64,000 nt of DNA from Balanoglossus misakiensis (Eukaryota; Animalia; Hemichordata): the NCBI GenBank assembly GCA_040954595.2, contig CM082597.2, positions 8,142,343-8,206,342 on the forward strand, read 5' to 3'. Made by a program: the position numbers and the translations under genes. Of this stretch, positions 1 to 14,464 are shown piece by piece (position 1 is the stretch's first letter; each line of letters begins with the position of its first letter). Below the pieces are notes generated by a model. The model had not been told where the DNA came from and ran no database searches. It was given only the letters and a program-made list of their open reading frames with translations.

Positions 1-277
1 TGTTTTACAGTAGTTTGGAACACGGTTATAATAATAAACTACACACAAAAAACATTAGAGGTTCACCAGAAGACAAAGTGTTAGATCAGAAACTTACCAG
101 ACATGTGCAAAGGCTGCAAGGATCAGCCAATGGAACAAACTGTTCACCAGTTTTGTAAATCTGATTCTCAAAGCTACATTCCAAAGGACCTGTAAATGGA
201 ACATGACAACTGGTGGTATTATCTAGAGGAAGTGGAAAGTCACTGACTTCTGAAATGTTCTGAATACTAGTACTCTC

Positions 278-915
278 TTAAAGGCAATAGATCGTCTCAC
301 GCGCATGTGTGTAACTTCCCAGCAAATTTTCCGTTCGATGCATTCAAAAAGTGGACTGCCTTCGCTTCCTTCCATATTTCATGCGCACCGTATAAGTAGA
401 TTCTGGTTTTGTCCCTCCTTTTTACCCAAGCTGGTGTTTTCTCACGATCTCCGACATAGATTATGGTCGCCGCCATCTTGTCTGTTGTTAGGACAGAGCA
501 CTGCCTTATGGGATTGACTGTTCACTAAATGTCTGTAACCAGCGGCTACAGCTGGAACATGCGTGTGAGACGAGCTAGGTGCTCTAAAGGGCAGTGATCA
601 TCTTATGCGCATGTGCCAAACCAGAGACTCTGGTTACATAAATTGTATACAGTCATTGCCATAAGGCAGTGTGCTGTCCTGACAACAGACAAGATGGCGA
701 CAACCATAATCTGTGAGTGATTGGGAAAAAACAGCAAATTGGATGAAAAGAAGGGACAAAACTAAAGTCTGGGTGAACATGAAATATAGAAGGAAGCGAA
801 GGCAGTCCACTATTTGAATGTATTGAATGCAAACTTTGCACAACACTTGGATTGGATGTAATGTTTGGACACATTAAATACACACATGTGCATAAGACGA
901 TCATTGGCCTTTTAC
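278..915. mobile_element. Two adjacent, oppositely oriented copies of MITE family C
   Basis: Shared core GTGGACTGCCTTCGCTTCCTTC in inverted orientation; third copy at about 41440-41765. Confidence 0.7.
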
Positions 916-3236
916 AGTTGTCACTGTGAGCAATAAATTGTATCAAGGAATACATACGCTCAATTGTATTGAAACTTTTTGTGTTGTAAAAAGTTACCAC
1001 AGACACGCATTGCATGATTGAACACCATATGTTGATGTACATAAAAAAAACTTACTTGCACAGCGTGGACAGCATTCACCTGCATCACGTAGGATTCTAT
1101 CTTCGTTACATTCTAACTCAGGACACAATTTGACATCACATGAAACATGACCATCCTGACAGAAAATACACACACAGACAATAAGACAACAACTCATATG
1201 ATTATCAATTGATCATACACTTGTTAAAATTCACACAAAAACATATTTATCAACATCAGTAAAAATTGAACAATGAATGCTGGACCGGTTTTACAATTCA
1301 CCACTTTTGATTGCGATTGACACTTTTTTAAATCAAAGTATTTTATTTTCTTTGCAACAGCTTTGTGGATGTCTAACTGCAGGGAGATCTAACTTCAACC
1401 CTTACGCCAACATGGTTGGTCCAAATCCATTGTTTTCTATGGTAAAGTTGGACTTCCAAACAGGGAAATGGGGATGAAAGGTTAATATAAGACTTGCATC
1501 TGGGTTATTCACTTACCATACATATACATGATGTACAAGGATTTAAATTCTGTGCCATTCTGATATACAATGCCTGTTGTATTATTCTCACAAACTCTTT
1601 CCAAAGGCTCTCCTATATAGGATAAAGAAAACATTATACGACACACATATTCACAAGAGAGCATGATTGATGTGAGGTTACATGAGTCTCAAAGCCAATC
1701 AGAGTGTACAACTTTCAGACCATTCATCTCATGGTTCATTTCCAGGAAATGCAAGTTTTTTTCAATAGTTTTCCAGGGCTTTCAGTAAAAAAAATTCAAT
1801 TTTCTGAATTTTTTTCATTAGTTTTCTATGACTTTTGAAGCCAACAGCTGACATTTCCTGAGAGTGATTATGCAGATGACATATCAAAAACATCAACAAT
1901 ATTGCAGGACTTTCAGGAATGAATTTCATTTTTATATTTCTGTCTCTTCAACAAGTGTATAAACTTTGTCAATATTGTCAGAATTTTTTTTACACAGAGT
2001 TTAAAAAACACTGACCTGTACATGTTGGGCAACATGCAGAGTTTTCTACTGTGACTCTCTCTGGAGGACAATTCAGTGTTGGTAGACACAGCAATATTCC
2101 TTCCTGTAAACACAAGTTATATGATTCAATCTGGTGTATGTGCACCGTAATGGTCGCCTTAAATAGGTTCCACTTTGCGCTAGGGGGTCAAATCACATTG
2201 CATTCTGGGGCAAAAGTCGACAACCCACTGTAGTAAAAGATAGAAGAAATGATATTTTTACTGTATTTCATGACTTTCTCTGGTCAAACATGTCTGTCTT
2301 TGTAGTTACCATATTAAACTCATTAAACTTTTTTCACATTTTGTTATTTTTTCTGTTACAAAGTTTCGAAATGACCCACCAACACTTTAGCTTATGAACT
2401 CCCATTTTTTAAACATGGCAAAAAACGGCCATCTTGAATTGCGTCGACCATTTGAGATTTTCACCACTCACTTAGGTAGCTTAAAACCTATTTAAGGTAG
2501 GGAGAATTATCATACACTGGCATCATGTTCCCATTTAACTTCATGCGAAAGAGAGCCCTCACATCCATGCATTTTTTATGTATCATGCACGGCCTGGCTG
2601 CCCAATTAAGATCACTGCCATGCATTTCTGAACTGTTTTTGTTCTTGTGGTACACACTTTGCTATCCTTAAAAAATTCTTATGAAAACACACCAGAATGA
2701 GATTTTAACCTGTTTTTTTTAGTGCTTTGATCGTAGCACAGAGTAAAAAGCTCTCAAGAAATTCATTGTCTCTTCAAAGCTGATACAATTATTTTACATC
2801 TTTATATCCTTTTTGTTCATGATGAATTTCTGTCTATGGTTAATGGAACAAAAATTGTCATTTGTTGAATATAAATTAGTTGTTGTTTCATTTGTAGTTT
2901 AATGCTCTGTTTCCTTGACAACACAAATTAAAGTTGTCATTATAAATATTGTATACACATGTTGGTTGTAATTGGAGAATAAGACAAGAATTTGCACATT
3001 AAGATGTCCACCTTACCGAACACTGGCATTCCAAACATTGGTCGTCATCTGGTTTAAAAATAGCACTTTCCTTATAAGTGACACCTCTGAATTCACAACC
3101 AATACATGCTTGACAACACTGGTTTGGTACTCGCACTGGGTTCTCACACGGTGCTGGACATGTGACAGTTGTACAGGAGATGTCTTGGTCCTGTCAACAC
3201 AAGAAACAAAAACGTCCAAGTTACAAACAAGAGAAG

Positions 3237-3449
3237 TAGTGTAAAACACTTTATTTTCGCGAGTTGAAATTTTCGCGATATTGAAAGCTGCCACTGTTTT
3301 GCGAGTATTAATTTTCACGTTCTCTTATTTATATTCACTCCATTGTTATCTTCAAAAAATATTTACGCTACTTTTTATTTTCACGTTATTTTGGCTCTCG
3401 CGTATTCCGCGAAAATGTATTGCTCGCGAAAATAAAGTGTTTTGCAGTA
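3237..3449. mobile_element. ~210-bp TA-flanked MITE family A (CTGTAAAACACTTTATTTTCGCG...)
   Basis: TIRs; further copies at 5601-5812, 9434-9644, 12102-12309, 13670-13844, 39527-39736, 55877-56089, 57252-57443; related subfamily at 23543-23753, 27426-27640, 39965-40160, 40206-40414. Confidence 0.85.
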
Positions 3450-6400
3450 TGTAAAGTACACTAGCTACACAAGATAGCATAATCTTGTTAGATAACAAGA
3501 TTAAAAATTATTATATAAATAGCCAAAAGTACAGATCTAGAAATCTAATTACTGAGATATATGACAAGAAGCAAAGATCCACAAAAAATGAAAGCTCATC
3601 AGAACAGCAGAATGTGACACTGTACACTGTGTTGCTGCACAAAAAAAGTCTTGGCATGTACACACTGCATGTGCTTATAACAATCAAAGCCAAAAGTGCT
3701 CTGCATGTGCTTATAACAATCAAAGCCAAAAGTGCTCTAACACAAGATATATTATTCATTAAAGGGACAAAGTCTCTCTTCTTCCCCATTTTTAATTAAT
3801 TATGTTTGATACAAGACACCGTTTATGTTATTCTACATGTGGATTTATAGGGAATCGACGTTCAACCACACACTACTTCCATCCCACTTGTAGACGATAG
3901 GGGAAAATCTCGCCAAAATGAATAATCAGTCTCTACCATTTATTCATTTTGGGCGAGTTTTTATTTTCATATCATACAAGCGGGATGGAAGTTGTGTGTG
4001 GTTGAACGTTCATTCACTACATGTACATATACACATGTACATTAACATAACCAGTGTCTTATATCAGATATAATTAATTGGAAAGGGGCAGCGTCCCTTT
4101 AAACCCACCAATCAAAGTAACTTACATCACATATACATGTTGTACAGGGATCATCTTGAAGAGTCCACATGTCACCATGGTGATACGTTGTGCCATCAAT
4201 GACCCGACAGTCTAAACAAAGAGACAAAGAAGACACTTTATACAGTGCTATGTCGCTCTGGTTGAAGACATGATGATATGGCCAACAGGAATACCAGTAT
4301 CTGGGTGTTCAAATTATATAGAATTCTTCTGTTTTGCGGTATTAAAATTGTTTTTTATATTTTGTCATTTTTCTGATCAATATACTGGTATTGTGTAAAA
4401 TTCGATTGATTGATTGGTGTGTGCTTTGTTCACAGCCTGAGCACTTACTCAGCAATTGATAACCCATACAGGAAAGATCACAACAAGTGATGACACATTG
4501 AGGAGAGATCACAACAAGTGATGACTCATAGAGGAGGAAGCACAGCATGTGATGACTCATCTAACCTGTCCACTTACCTAGACATTTAGGACAGCACTGC
4601 CCTGGTACACATGCAAAATTAAAGATGTTGTGGCTTCACACACTGTTAAATTACAAGTCAAAGTACCATCCTGTAAATACAAATTATTTAATGGGTTATT
4701 ATTATAGAAATTATGGACGACCATTGACCCTGACCCTGACCATTGATACTTTTAATAGTGAAGGAATGTATGTGTGCACCAATGTTCATGATGCATGTAG
4801 ACTAGACAATGTTTCTCCTACGTGTATTAGTGGAACATTTTTGTTTGGGTTATAAGGTCTCTGTACGTATGATTTTTAGTTTGTATGCATTTTTCCATAG
4901 CTTATGCGTACAGTGTAGGTAACTCGAAAAAAAAAAAAAAAAACCTTAAGTCTTGGCATGAACACACGGCGTGTGCTTATAACCCTCAAAGCCAAAAGTG
5001 CTTTAACACAAGATGTATTCTTCATTAAAAGGACAAAGTCTCTCTCTCGCAGCCCTTTATCCATTAATTATGTTTGATACAAGACACCATTTATGTTATT
5101 GTACATGTGGATATATAATGAATCAAAGTTCAACCACCCACAATTTCTATCCCGTTTGTAGACACGAGAGTGAAAACTCGCCGAAATAAATAATTGGTCT
5201 CTACCATTTATCCATTTTGGGCGAGTTTTTACTCTCATATCCTACTAACGGGACGGAAGTTGTGTGTGGTTGAAAGTTGATTCACTGCATGTATATATCC
5301 ACATGTAGAATAACATAAACAATGTCTTGTATCAAACATAATTAATGGAAAGGGGCAGCTAGAGAGAGACTTTGTGCAGTGATGAGAACTTACCAGACAC
5401 AGGCAGGATCTACACACATCACCAAGAGGGTTGAAGCGATCACCATCGTCATACAAGATATTATTGTATTCACACAGACTACAGTCTGGACAGCAATCAG
5501 AAGCTGTGTACAGTCCATGCTCACATGTTACTGGGCACTCTAATTCTGTACAGGTAATCTTGGAATCAGGCTGAAAGAGGAACGACAACAATCAGGTTCA
5601 TACTGTAAAACACTTTACTTTCACGAGTTGAAATTTTCACGATATCGAGAGAGGCCACTGTTTCGCGAGTATTAATTTTCACATTCTCTTATTTCATTCA
5701 CTGCATCGTTATCTTCAAGAAAATGTTATGCGACTTTTTATTTTCACACCATTTTGGCTCTCGTGTATTTCGCAAAAATTTATTGCTCGCAAAAAAAAAG
5801 TATTTTACAGTATCAGTTAGCCATACCGTCTTTTCCAAAACATGGTGATGTACAGATTTTTAATCAAATTCTATTTTGGTTTCGTTAAATGTCGTTAAAA
5901 TAATGTTATGTAGTAGTCGTGTATTTTGCTGCCTTCATGGCAAGTCGACTGAGATCAAATCATCTGGAAAACAGGAAAACAATGGCTCTGTTTCTGGGAC
6001 TGTCTGTAGCACTTTGGCTGAAGTAGGAGCTTATTTATTTATGTTTACTTTTACAGTGGATTATATTTACTGACAAGTTTAGTTACAGAAATAAATGTGT
6101 TTTTAATTTGACAACTATTGTTATTTTCACTGTCACCCAACCTCGGTTTGGTTTGATTTGAAGCATCACAGTAATGAAATAATGGGAATGATTCAACAAT
6201 TAAATTTCAACGGGTTGGCCAGGGGTTTTGGCAAAACTAAAAAAAAATATTTTTTTTACCAGACTTTGAACTTCTGACATCATCTATAAGTTGACATACC
6301 TGACATGTACCTTGCAGACACAGGTCAAATTCTGTCCACATTTGTCCAGGTTGATACTCTGTACCATCCCCTGCCACACATACTGGATCTACCAATAAAG

Positions 6401-7868
6401 TTCAAATACACATTGTTGAGATGGAAATTGTTACATTCCCATGCAGTCCACTGAAGGGGTCCAGTGTGGAACCCATTGCATGGATTGGTTACGCAAAGTG
6501 CCCTCATGTGACAAACTTCAGTCTAGATTAGTTTTTCCTTCGTTGAACTTGAAGATAACTTTAAAGAGACAAAAAGTTTCTCTCTCGCTGCCCTTTTACC
6601 ATTAATAATGTTTGACACAAGACACGGTTTATTTTATTCTACATGTGGATAGATATAACTTTATTTATTTATAAAAATTAATAAAAAATAAATAAATAAA
6701 TAAACTTCCATTCCATATGTAGCATATGAGAATAAAAATCTCGCCAAAATGAATAAATGGTAAACACCGATTATTCATGTTGGCGAGTTTTTTCACTCTT
6801 GTCTACAAGTAGAATGGAAGTTGTGTGTGGTCGAATGTTGATTCACAATACACGTATATCCACATGTAGAATAACATAACAGTTTCTTGTCCCTTGAAGA
6901 ACAGAAAATTATTTAATCTCAGAAAATTCTGATACATAACACTTGACTTTAAGATCTTGTATCTGATATTTCCTTACTTTCTTGACACACTGGACAGCAA
7001 CTATCCTCTACAAGGATGGGGTTGTCACATTCCAGTATTGGGCAAATTTCCATGTTACCACATTTTACATTCGCCAACTATGCAGACATGGAGAGACATC
7101 AGTTTAGTGTGGAAGAGATAGCATGGGTGCATGGGGATGGGGAGGTGGACTAGGCAAGGTGGAACTGAGAGGGGGCAGAGGGTGAGGGTGTCATGGGCAG
7201 TTCAATAACAGTAACATACGATCTGTCAAGTTATAAATGGAATAAGAAAGTTATTTTGTTCAGAAGGGACTTTACCTTCTGTTGGTATAACAACAATTCA
7301 AAGAAAATTAATCACAAATATTACATTGGAATTATTTACTTTCATTTATTGCTTGAGCAAATAAGTAGACGTGACATAGCCTACACTGTAGCCTGGCCAA
7401 TCCATGTCTTTGTCAGAAACACTTTCGCTGATGTCATACTCAGGTTTTTTACGTGTAACCAATGATATCTATGACTTTTATTATTTGGGAAATTTTCTCA
7501 GATTAAAACACTCGATAAAATTATTATATTAACTTACTGTACAAAGACAAGTTATGCAGCCATCTTTGATTGTGTTCATATTCTGTATATACTGACCATC
7601 ATACAGACAATCTGCAAAGAATTAATAACATCACATTATGAGTAAAAAAACCATTCTGGTCAATCAGACTTCAGTCAAGGAGAGTATTATTAAAACAAAA
7701 GTTATTTATAACCATTTGCCCAGTGAATGTTTTCAAGAGGTTTGAGAAAATGCTATGCAGCCATGCACTGTTTTCTATATCCACTAGATATGTTCAACTC
7801 AGCTGTAATTCATTACAGCCCTAGTATTTCTCGTGTTTATCCATTTTTCATCATCGAAAATTGCCTGT

Positions 7869-8025
7869 GGATGATAAAATGCGCCCTCTTTTGGTGAACT
7901 CTGCCTACCACCTGACCTTCTACCTAGCTATACTTGACTAGTAAGGCAAGTAGGCAAGTAGGCGGTCAGCTGGAGGGGTCAGGCGGTAGGCAGAGTTCAC
8001 CAAAAGGGGGCGCATTTTATCATCC
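7869..8025. repeat. Short hairpin/MITE
   Basis: GGATGATAAAATGCGCCC..TTTTGGTGAACTCTGCCTACC and its reverse complement. Confidence 0.75.
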
Positions 8026-8342
8026 ATTGTTTATAATGTGTAGTGTATGAGCAGAGAAGCCTCAGTGTTCCGGTTAGAACCGTATCGATAAGACAAAGAC
8101 AGAAGAGTTGACCGACAACAAATTTATTCAGTTTATATCATATAATTCTTACTTAAACATTCCCTGAATAAATCCCTGTGATTTAAGTATACATATCATT
8201 CCATGGTAGCATGAGTTTCTGCTTTACTACAAATTCATTCTCCCAATCCTGACTAGATTTGAGATGCAGATCATCCTTATGTAAATGAATGCTTCATCAA
8301 TAAACTTGATGACACAAAAGATCTAACTACATGTTCGGTTAC

Positions 8343-8516
8343 CTTGACAACTATGACAGCAATGTCCAGGGTTGGGCAATGGATGTGTGCATTCATGTTT
8401 ACATATCTGTTTGACACAAGTTACAATTCCTTCACTACAGGTACAGATTTCACATTCATCAACAGGACTGGTCCATGTAGAATTGTGGTGATATTCTATA
8501 TTGTTGAATACACAAC
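8343..8516 (-). CDS. Complete VWC domain exon
   Basis: GCVFNNIEYHHNSTWTSPVDECEICTCSEGIVTCVKQICKHECTHPLPNPGHCCHSCQ, phase 1-1, AG/GT bounded. Confidence 0.85.
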
Positions 8517-10088
8517 CTATAGCACAAAAAGATTCGTTTGGAATCAATTATTCTTTGGAAATAATTACCAAGAGCTTTATAATTTTGATTAAAACCCTAT
8601 CACTACTGGGCGTCATACCCGTTTAGAGTGTCAAGGCCCTTAAAATATATATGTGCCCTTTTTCTTCTTAAAGGTATTTTGACTGTCTTGGCATGGCTCT
8701 CTAACGTACTTAAACACACTTGGCAGTCTGAGCCCCCTGTAAAATGTATCAAATCGCACTGGTTTGCACTGTATTGGTCTGAGGATCTTGTATAGGCCCT
8801 ACTGAGTAACACACACTTGGCAGTCTAACAGGTCTGGATGCCAAGATTCTAGGCACCCTGGTAATCAAACCAGATTTAACCGACATGCCAGTGTTAGCGT
8901 TAGAGTGGAAAGTTGCCCAAAATTGCAACCATCATTATCTTCATACGACCAATCCTCTGAAATCAATAGGGCTGTATATCACGGAGAAGTATCTGATGGC
9001 TTCAATTACTAACCTTTACAATGTGGACAGCATTCACCCACAATTTGTTCTGTATATTGGCATGGCAATACAGGGAACTGAGTACATGTGATAACATTAT
9101 TCTGAAATATAACATGACAATTATGGAGAACAAATGAAGTCATTGTGAATAACAATGCATAATGGGATGCAGGTCTAATGTGTCTAAATAATTGATCCAG
9201 AAATCAATAAAAGACAATTTCACAGTTTTATATGTATAACTTCATGAATAATATTTTAAAGCACATTATATTTTTCAATACGATACATAATAAAACCTTT
9301 ATAGCTGAGATGCATTGTGGAACCTTTGGTAACACAGCAGAAAGGCGCTCATACAAGGGTAAGACTCTTCTCCTATACAACCTTTGGTCTCAAGTCAGTT
9401 CAGATCAACTACACAATATGTGAGCATATGATATACTGTAAAACACTTTATTTTCGCGAGTTGAAATCTTCGAGATATCGAGAAAGGCCACTGTTTTCAG
9501 AGTTTTAATTTTTATGTTCTCTTATTTCATTCACTGCATGGTTATCTTCAAAAACAATTTTCGCGACTTTTTACTTTCACGCTATTTTGGCTCTCGCGTA
9601 TTTCGCAAAAATTTATTGCTCGTGAAAATAATGTGTTTTACAGTATACACAATGTGTATGAGTAACATCAATTGCTCCTTACCTGACATGTACAATTATA
9701 CACTCATCAAAATCCATGTATCACCAGATGAATATGTAAAATCATGTGGTTGAAAATAACACCCTGTAACAAACGAATTCAAACTTTCATTATAGTCCAG
9801 TAATCTTTATGATGACTTTCAGTATAGTCCTATTGTAAGGTTATTTCATTGTCATTGTAGAAATGACTGTATCAACTGAGCAATATGCTTCAGTATTTGT
9901 CCTCGACGCTGCGCATCTCAGACAATACCTCCACTGCACTGTACGATATACTCGGACATAAATCCTGGTACTTTATGAATAACCTTATATTATTTAGGAC
10001 CATTTATTTCATTTGAATCAAACAGAGTCTAAACATAGCCATACAATATTAAGCATACATGTACATAAATGCCAAATGACATCAATAC

Positions 10089-10223
10089 CTTCTATTGGTT
10101 GACATGTTATTCCATCTGTCCTCAACACAAAGCCATCCAGACATCGACACATAAATGAACCTCTTGAACTAATGCATTCTTGCTCACACACCTGTAAACC
10201 TTCTATATCACATTCATTGATGT
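10089..10223 (-). CDS. Calcium-binding EGF exon
   Basis: DINEC...CEQECISSRGSFMCRCLDGFVLRTDGITC, 135 nt, phase 1-1. Confidence 0.85.
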
Positions 10224-11554
10224 CTGAAATACAACACAAATCAAAGTTACTTGCATGAAGCCAGAAGATACAAATTATACTTTTGAAGCAGTTTTGTTTC
10301 CCTGTTTCTTTCAAGACTTTTGAAACAAGCCTTTGTAACAAGTTTTTGTAGACTATGCAGTCGTTTTAAAGGTATACAGTCACCTCCAATTTACATACGC
10401 CCATACAATCTTTTCATTCAATGCTTCAAGATAACAAAAAATACAAAATGTTGACATCATGAACATTCATAACAATCCCGTGGTCACTGTGTTCGTTGGT
10501 GCAACCTCGGCTACTTGTACTTCATTTAAAATAACATATGACACAGTAATAGGGTGCACTATGCACACAACAGGCACAGCTGTACTGTGCAGAGAGTCTA
10601 AGATGTTTGATGTAAATAACACATCAGCTGGTAACCATGATTAATCGTTGATCAAAAGTTCCTCACTGATTTGCTAGAAGGACAGAAACTTTGCAAAGGA
10701 CTTATCAAATCTGCTGGGAAGTTGACATCACAAGTCGCCAACAACAAAAATAAAACTTACCCTCATCACACAAATCACCTGTGTAACCAGCAAAGCATTC
10801 ACATTCTCCACCATTGCAGATACCATTTTCACATAAACACACACCTGAGAAGGACAATAAACACATAAACAAAGTAAAATAAACAACAGAATGCGATGAT
10901 CATAATGATCATGGTGATATACAATCCAGGTGTCATTTTTTTTCTATCGATAACCAAAGGCCTTACCCCTTGAAACTGATTTTTCAAAGATCTTCATAAA
11001 TGCTCGCATGTCATGCGACCATTTTACACTGTATACGATCAGATTCCCCTACATCTAAAAATATACACTTTTTAGAGTTTTTGTATAGTTGTTCTACGTC
11101 CTTTTAGAGTTTCATGTGCCAAGATAATTTGCATAAATTCTCAGGTACTTTGCATATTCTAACTCAATGAACACATTTCCTGCTACATTGACTTTCTCAC
11201 TTTGCATAAAGTGTGATATTTACATTTATTTACATTTGGAGCAGTCATCTCCACAAAAGCCCTCCTGACAGTTGCAGTATCCTTGGAAACATATTCCATC
11301 ATTCTTGCAGTCTGGGATGCAAGGAATCTCTGTAAAAACAATCAAAACACATTCAAAAGATGTCTGATGAAATCATACTTTATCAGGTATTATATTATAC
11401 CAGTATATTGATGGTGTAAATCATGCTATTTGATTGGTCGAGACACGACACGTGACCGTGATATATTAGCCATATACCACAGTCATATATCATAGTCAAA
11501 GAAAATGCCCTTTTAAAATGTTTTATGCAAAGTTTCAATATACTGGCATAATAT

Positions 11555-11705
11555 AATAGCAATAAAACACCCCCCAGCCATGGTATACCACTCAATTTTG
11601 ACCGGTTCAACTCCATATACGCACTCGCTATCGCTCGTGCGTATATGTCATGAACTGGTCAAAATCTCGTGGTATACCATGGCTGGGGGTGTTTTATTAC
11701 TTAAA
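11555..11705. repeat. Hairpin end of a dispersed element
   Basis: AATAAAACACCCCCCAGCCATGGTATACCA...TGGTATACCATGGCTGGGGGTGTTTTATT; architecturally similar hairpin at 29620-29765. Confidence 0.65.
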
Positions 11706-12638
11706 TACTTAATTCTCCACATACAAATATCACAGAATCGGAATATTTGATATTTTGATACACAATATCATTTTTCTATAGCACCATTTACTGTAAAATA
11801 ACCAGTTAACAAAATGCATCATGGGCAAAATGTTGACTTAACATTGTCATTAGCATAAGAGTTTTGAACAGCAATCCATCACGTGTTTCAAGTGACATTT
11901 CAATGGTCAAAGCTTTGTTGTTGCAATATGCATACACAACTTATGAAAGTTTTCACCTTTTTGATGGCAAGACCAAAACATTCAAAGTCCCAGTTGCTCT
12001 AACTTTTAGCTATTTTTTCACAGTATTTACAACTTGCATCATAGGGAGTTTGTTTTGATGCCCTACCCACTGTTTCACACAGTATCTGTGTATCTGTGTC
12101 ATACTGTAAAACACTTTATTTTCGCAAGTCGAAATTTTCACGATATCGAGAGAGGCCACTGTTTTGCGAGTATTAATTTTTGTGTTTCATTACATTCACT
12201 GCATTGTTATCTTCAAAACAATTTACGCAACTTTTTATTTTCACGCTATTTTGGCTCTCACGTAGTTCGCGTAAATTTATTGCTCGCGAAAATAAAGTGT
12301 TTTACAGTAGTTAAGAAGTATACAATGTATGCAAATTTAGCCACAGTTACCATGGAAAGTTGAGACATGGCCAATCAGAGATTTTGCCTACACACTTTTT
12401 ACCACTTAAGGGTATATTTCACACCACTTCTGTACCTTGCATTGTTGACAAATTATTGTTTTCAAACTTCATTACAAAAATGTGCTCTCCGCCATGAATG
12501 TGCACCTTTAACCCTTTCACCACATGGTTTGATCCAAAGCCACTGTTTCCTATGATAAAGATGGACCTCAATACAGGGATACAGGGGTGAGAGGGTTTAA
12601 ACATCTGGCAAATATAGTCTAGTAAATATAGGGCTAGA

Positions 12639-13233
12639 CCCACCACAAATTGCAACATAATGTTTTTCTTCAGAATATACTTTGGAGAGGTGTCTAGAAC
12701 AACATATTAAAAATGCACCCGAATCCACCTTGTGGAAATATGTCTAATTTGCATAAATTTAATATTAGAGATTTTGGGGCCAAATATCAAGAAATAAACG
12801 CTTTTTCCATGATTTTAAAGTTTAAAAACTATTTCATGTTCATGACAAAACATTTAGGAATACTGTCTGCCATATGTCATAGAGGTAGTTTTGAATAAAA
12901 AAAACACTAGAATTGCTTGCGTATTACCCGATATACTGCTCAAATATGTTTTTTTTAGGAATACTGTTCACCATATTGAATTTATGCAAATTATGAAAAC
13001 TGCCCATGTCAAATATTATTCCAAAATGGTTTTTCATGCACATGAAATATTTTTAAACTTTAAAATCATGGAAAAATCATGTTTATTTCTTGATATTTGG
13101 CCCAAAAATTATTAAATTTATGCAAATTAGACATATTTCCACAAGGTGGATTCGGGTGCATTTTTGATATGTTGTTCTAGACACCTCTCCGAAATATATT
13201 CTGAAAAAAAATTCTGTTGCAATTTGTGGTGGG
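12639..13233. mobile_element. Fold-back element with long inverted arms
   Basis: CCCACCACAAATTGCAACA...TGTTGCAATTTGTGGTGGG with inverted similarity over more than 200 bp. Confidence 0.8.
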
Positions 13234-13304
13234 TTACATGTAGGTGCCCAAATCTCGTAGATTTACTAGACTAATAGGTGATCGTAATATTGATTTGTAC
13301 TCAC

Positions 13305-13482
13305 CACAGGACGATTTTCTCCAGTCCAGCACAATCCCCTTCCTCCTGGCTTCATAGGCATAGGCAAACAATACATCACATAGACACTTTTCATGCACAG
13401 GACATGCACACATATCAGACAAACACAATTCATAGAACGGAGCTGGGTTTACTACACCATGGGCTGGCCGAAATAATGGTCC
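13305..13482 (-). CDS. C8 (VWD-associated cysteine-rich) domain exon, BMPER/kielin/mucin type
   Basis: GPLFRPAHGVVNPAPFYELCLSDMCACPVHEKCLCDVLFAYAYEARRKGIVLDWRKSSC matches the C8 pattern (V.P.PFY..C..D.C...C.C....AYA......G....WR); phase 0 start, phase 1 end. Confidence 0.8.
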
Positions 13483-14308
13483 CTGTGTAAAACTAAACAA
13501 AAATAACAACGGATCATTTACAATGAGAAACTGTTTAAAGGTATACGGTCACCTATGGAAAATTAGCAATAGTTACCATGGTAAATTGAGAATTAGCCAA
13601 TCACACATTTTCAGTGGGTGGCACACGCAAAAAAAAAGAGCGCCACCATACGTTCTCAAATATGCCATTTCGGGATATTGAGAGAGGCCACTGTTTAGCG
13701 AGTATTAATTTTCGCGTTCTCTTATTTCATTCACTGCATTGTTATCTTCAAAAAAAAAATATGCAACTTTCTATTTTCATGCTATTTAGCTCTCGTGTAT
13801 TTCGCGAAAATTTATTGCTCGCAAATATAAAGTGTTTTACAGTAGTATTACTAATACATATACACTATTTTTACTCTAAAATTAGACTGTCGACAGTCCC
13901 TCGCGCCTAATGTGTATCGATTCGGCGTTTCGTGCGAGGGCCGTAAGGCCCGTATCTTTTGAGGGTCGAAGGCCCGATTCGGCGTTTCGTGGTGCGATGG
14001 CCGTAAGGCCTCGGGCATGGGCGTGGCCCGAGGGACTGTTATAACTTGTTTCGCCCTCACACGGGCACTGTGGGAAAATGCCCCTGTAAAATTTAGCTGC
14101 AGTTACCATGGTAAATTGAGATCTAGCCAATCACAGATTTTCAGAGGGTGGCACACGCGAAAAAAAAGGCCACCACCATACCAGTATGTTTTTTAGAACG
14201 CTCAAATACTCCATTTCAGCCATATATGGGCGTATGCTAATTGGAGGTGATTGTATACCTTTATTCAGAGATAATGTGGTGTCTGTAACACTAGACTATT
14301 TCTCTTAC

Positions 14309-14464
14309 CAATACAGTCATCTAGACTCTTGCTGTGTCTATCGTGTGTACTGTAACCTGATGGACAGGTAATGCATGAGGTTTGACCAGTGGCAATTTGA
14401 TAAGATCCAACAGGACAGCTAGCACATTCATCTCCTGTATCATAAGTTCCAGCTGTACATGTCA
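14309..14464 (-). CDS. Ephrin-receptor-like (GCC2/GCC3) Cys repeat exon
   Basis: TCTAGTYDTGDECASCPVGSYQIATGQTSCITCPSGYST...SLDDC. Confidence 0.85.

Larger units (their letters stand above)
98..11329 (-). pseudogene. Kielin/chordin-like EGF + multi-VWC gene, copy 1 (multi-exon, continues past left edge; several frameshifted exons)
   Basis: GT-AG exons: EGF 11234-11329, 10761-10844, cbEGF 10089-10223 (DINECDIEG...); VWC half-domain exons 9683-9763, 9014-9101, 8343-8516, 7538-7611, 6978-7077, 6300-6388, 5394-5570, 4578-4670, 4126-4211, 3017-3190, 2016-2103, 1517-1612, 1056-1155, 98-189 with CxxCxC and CCxxC motifs. Exons 9683-9763, 4578-4670 and 1517-1612 have lengths incompatible with their flanking phases (frameshifts, either true decay or assembly indels). 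Confidence 0.8.
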
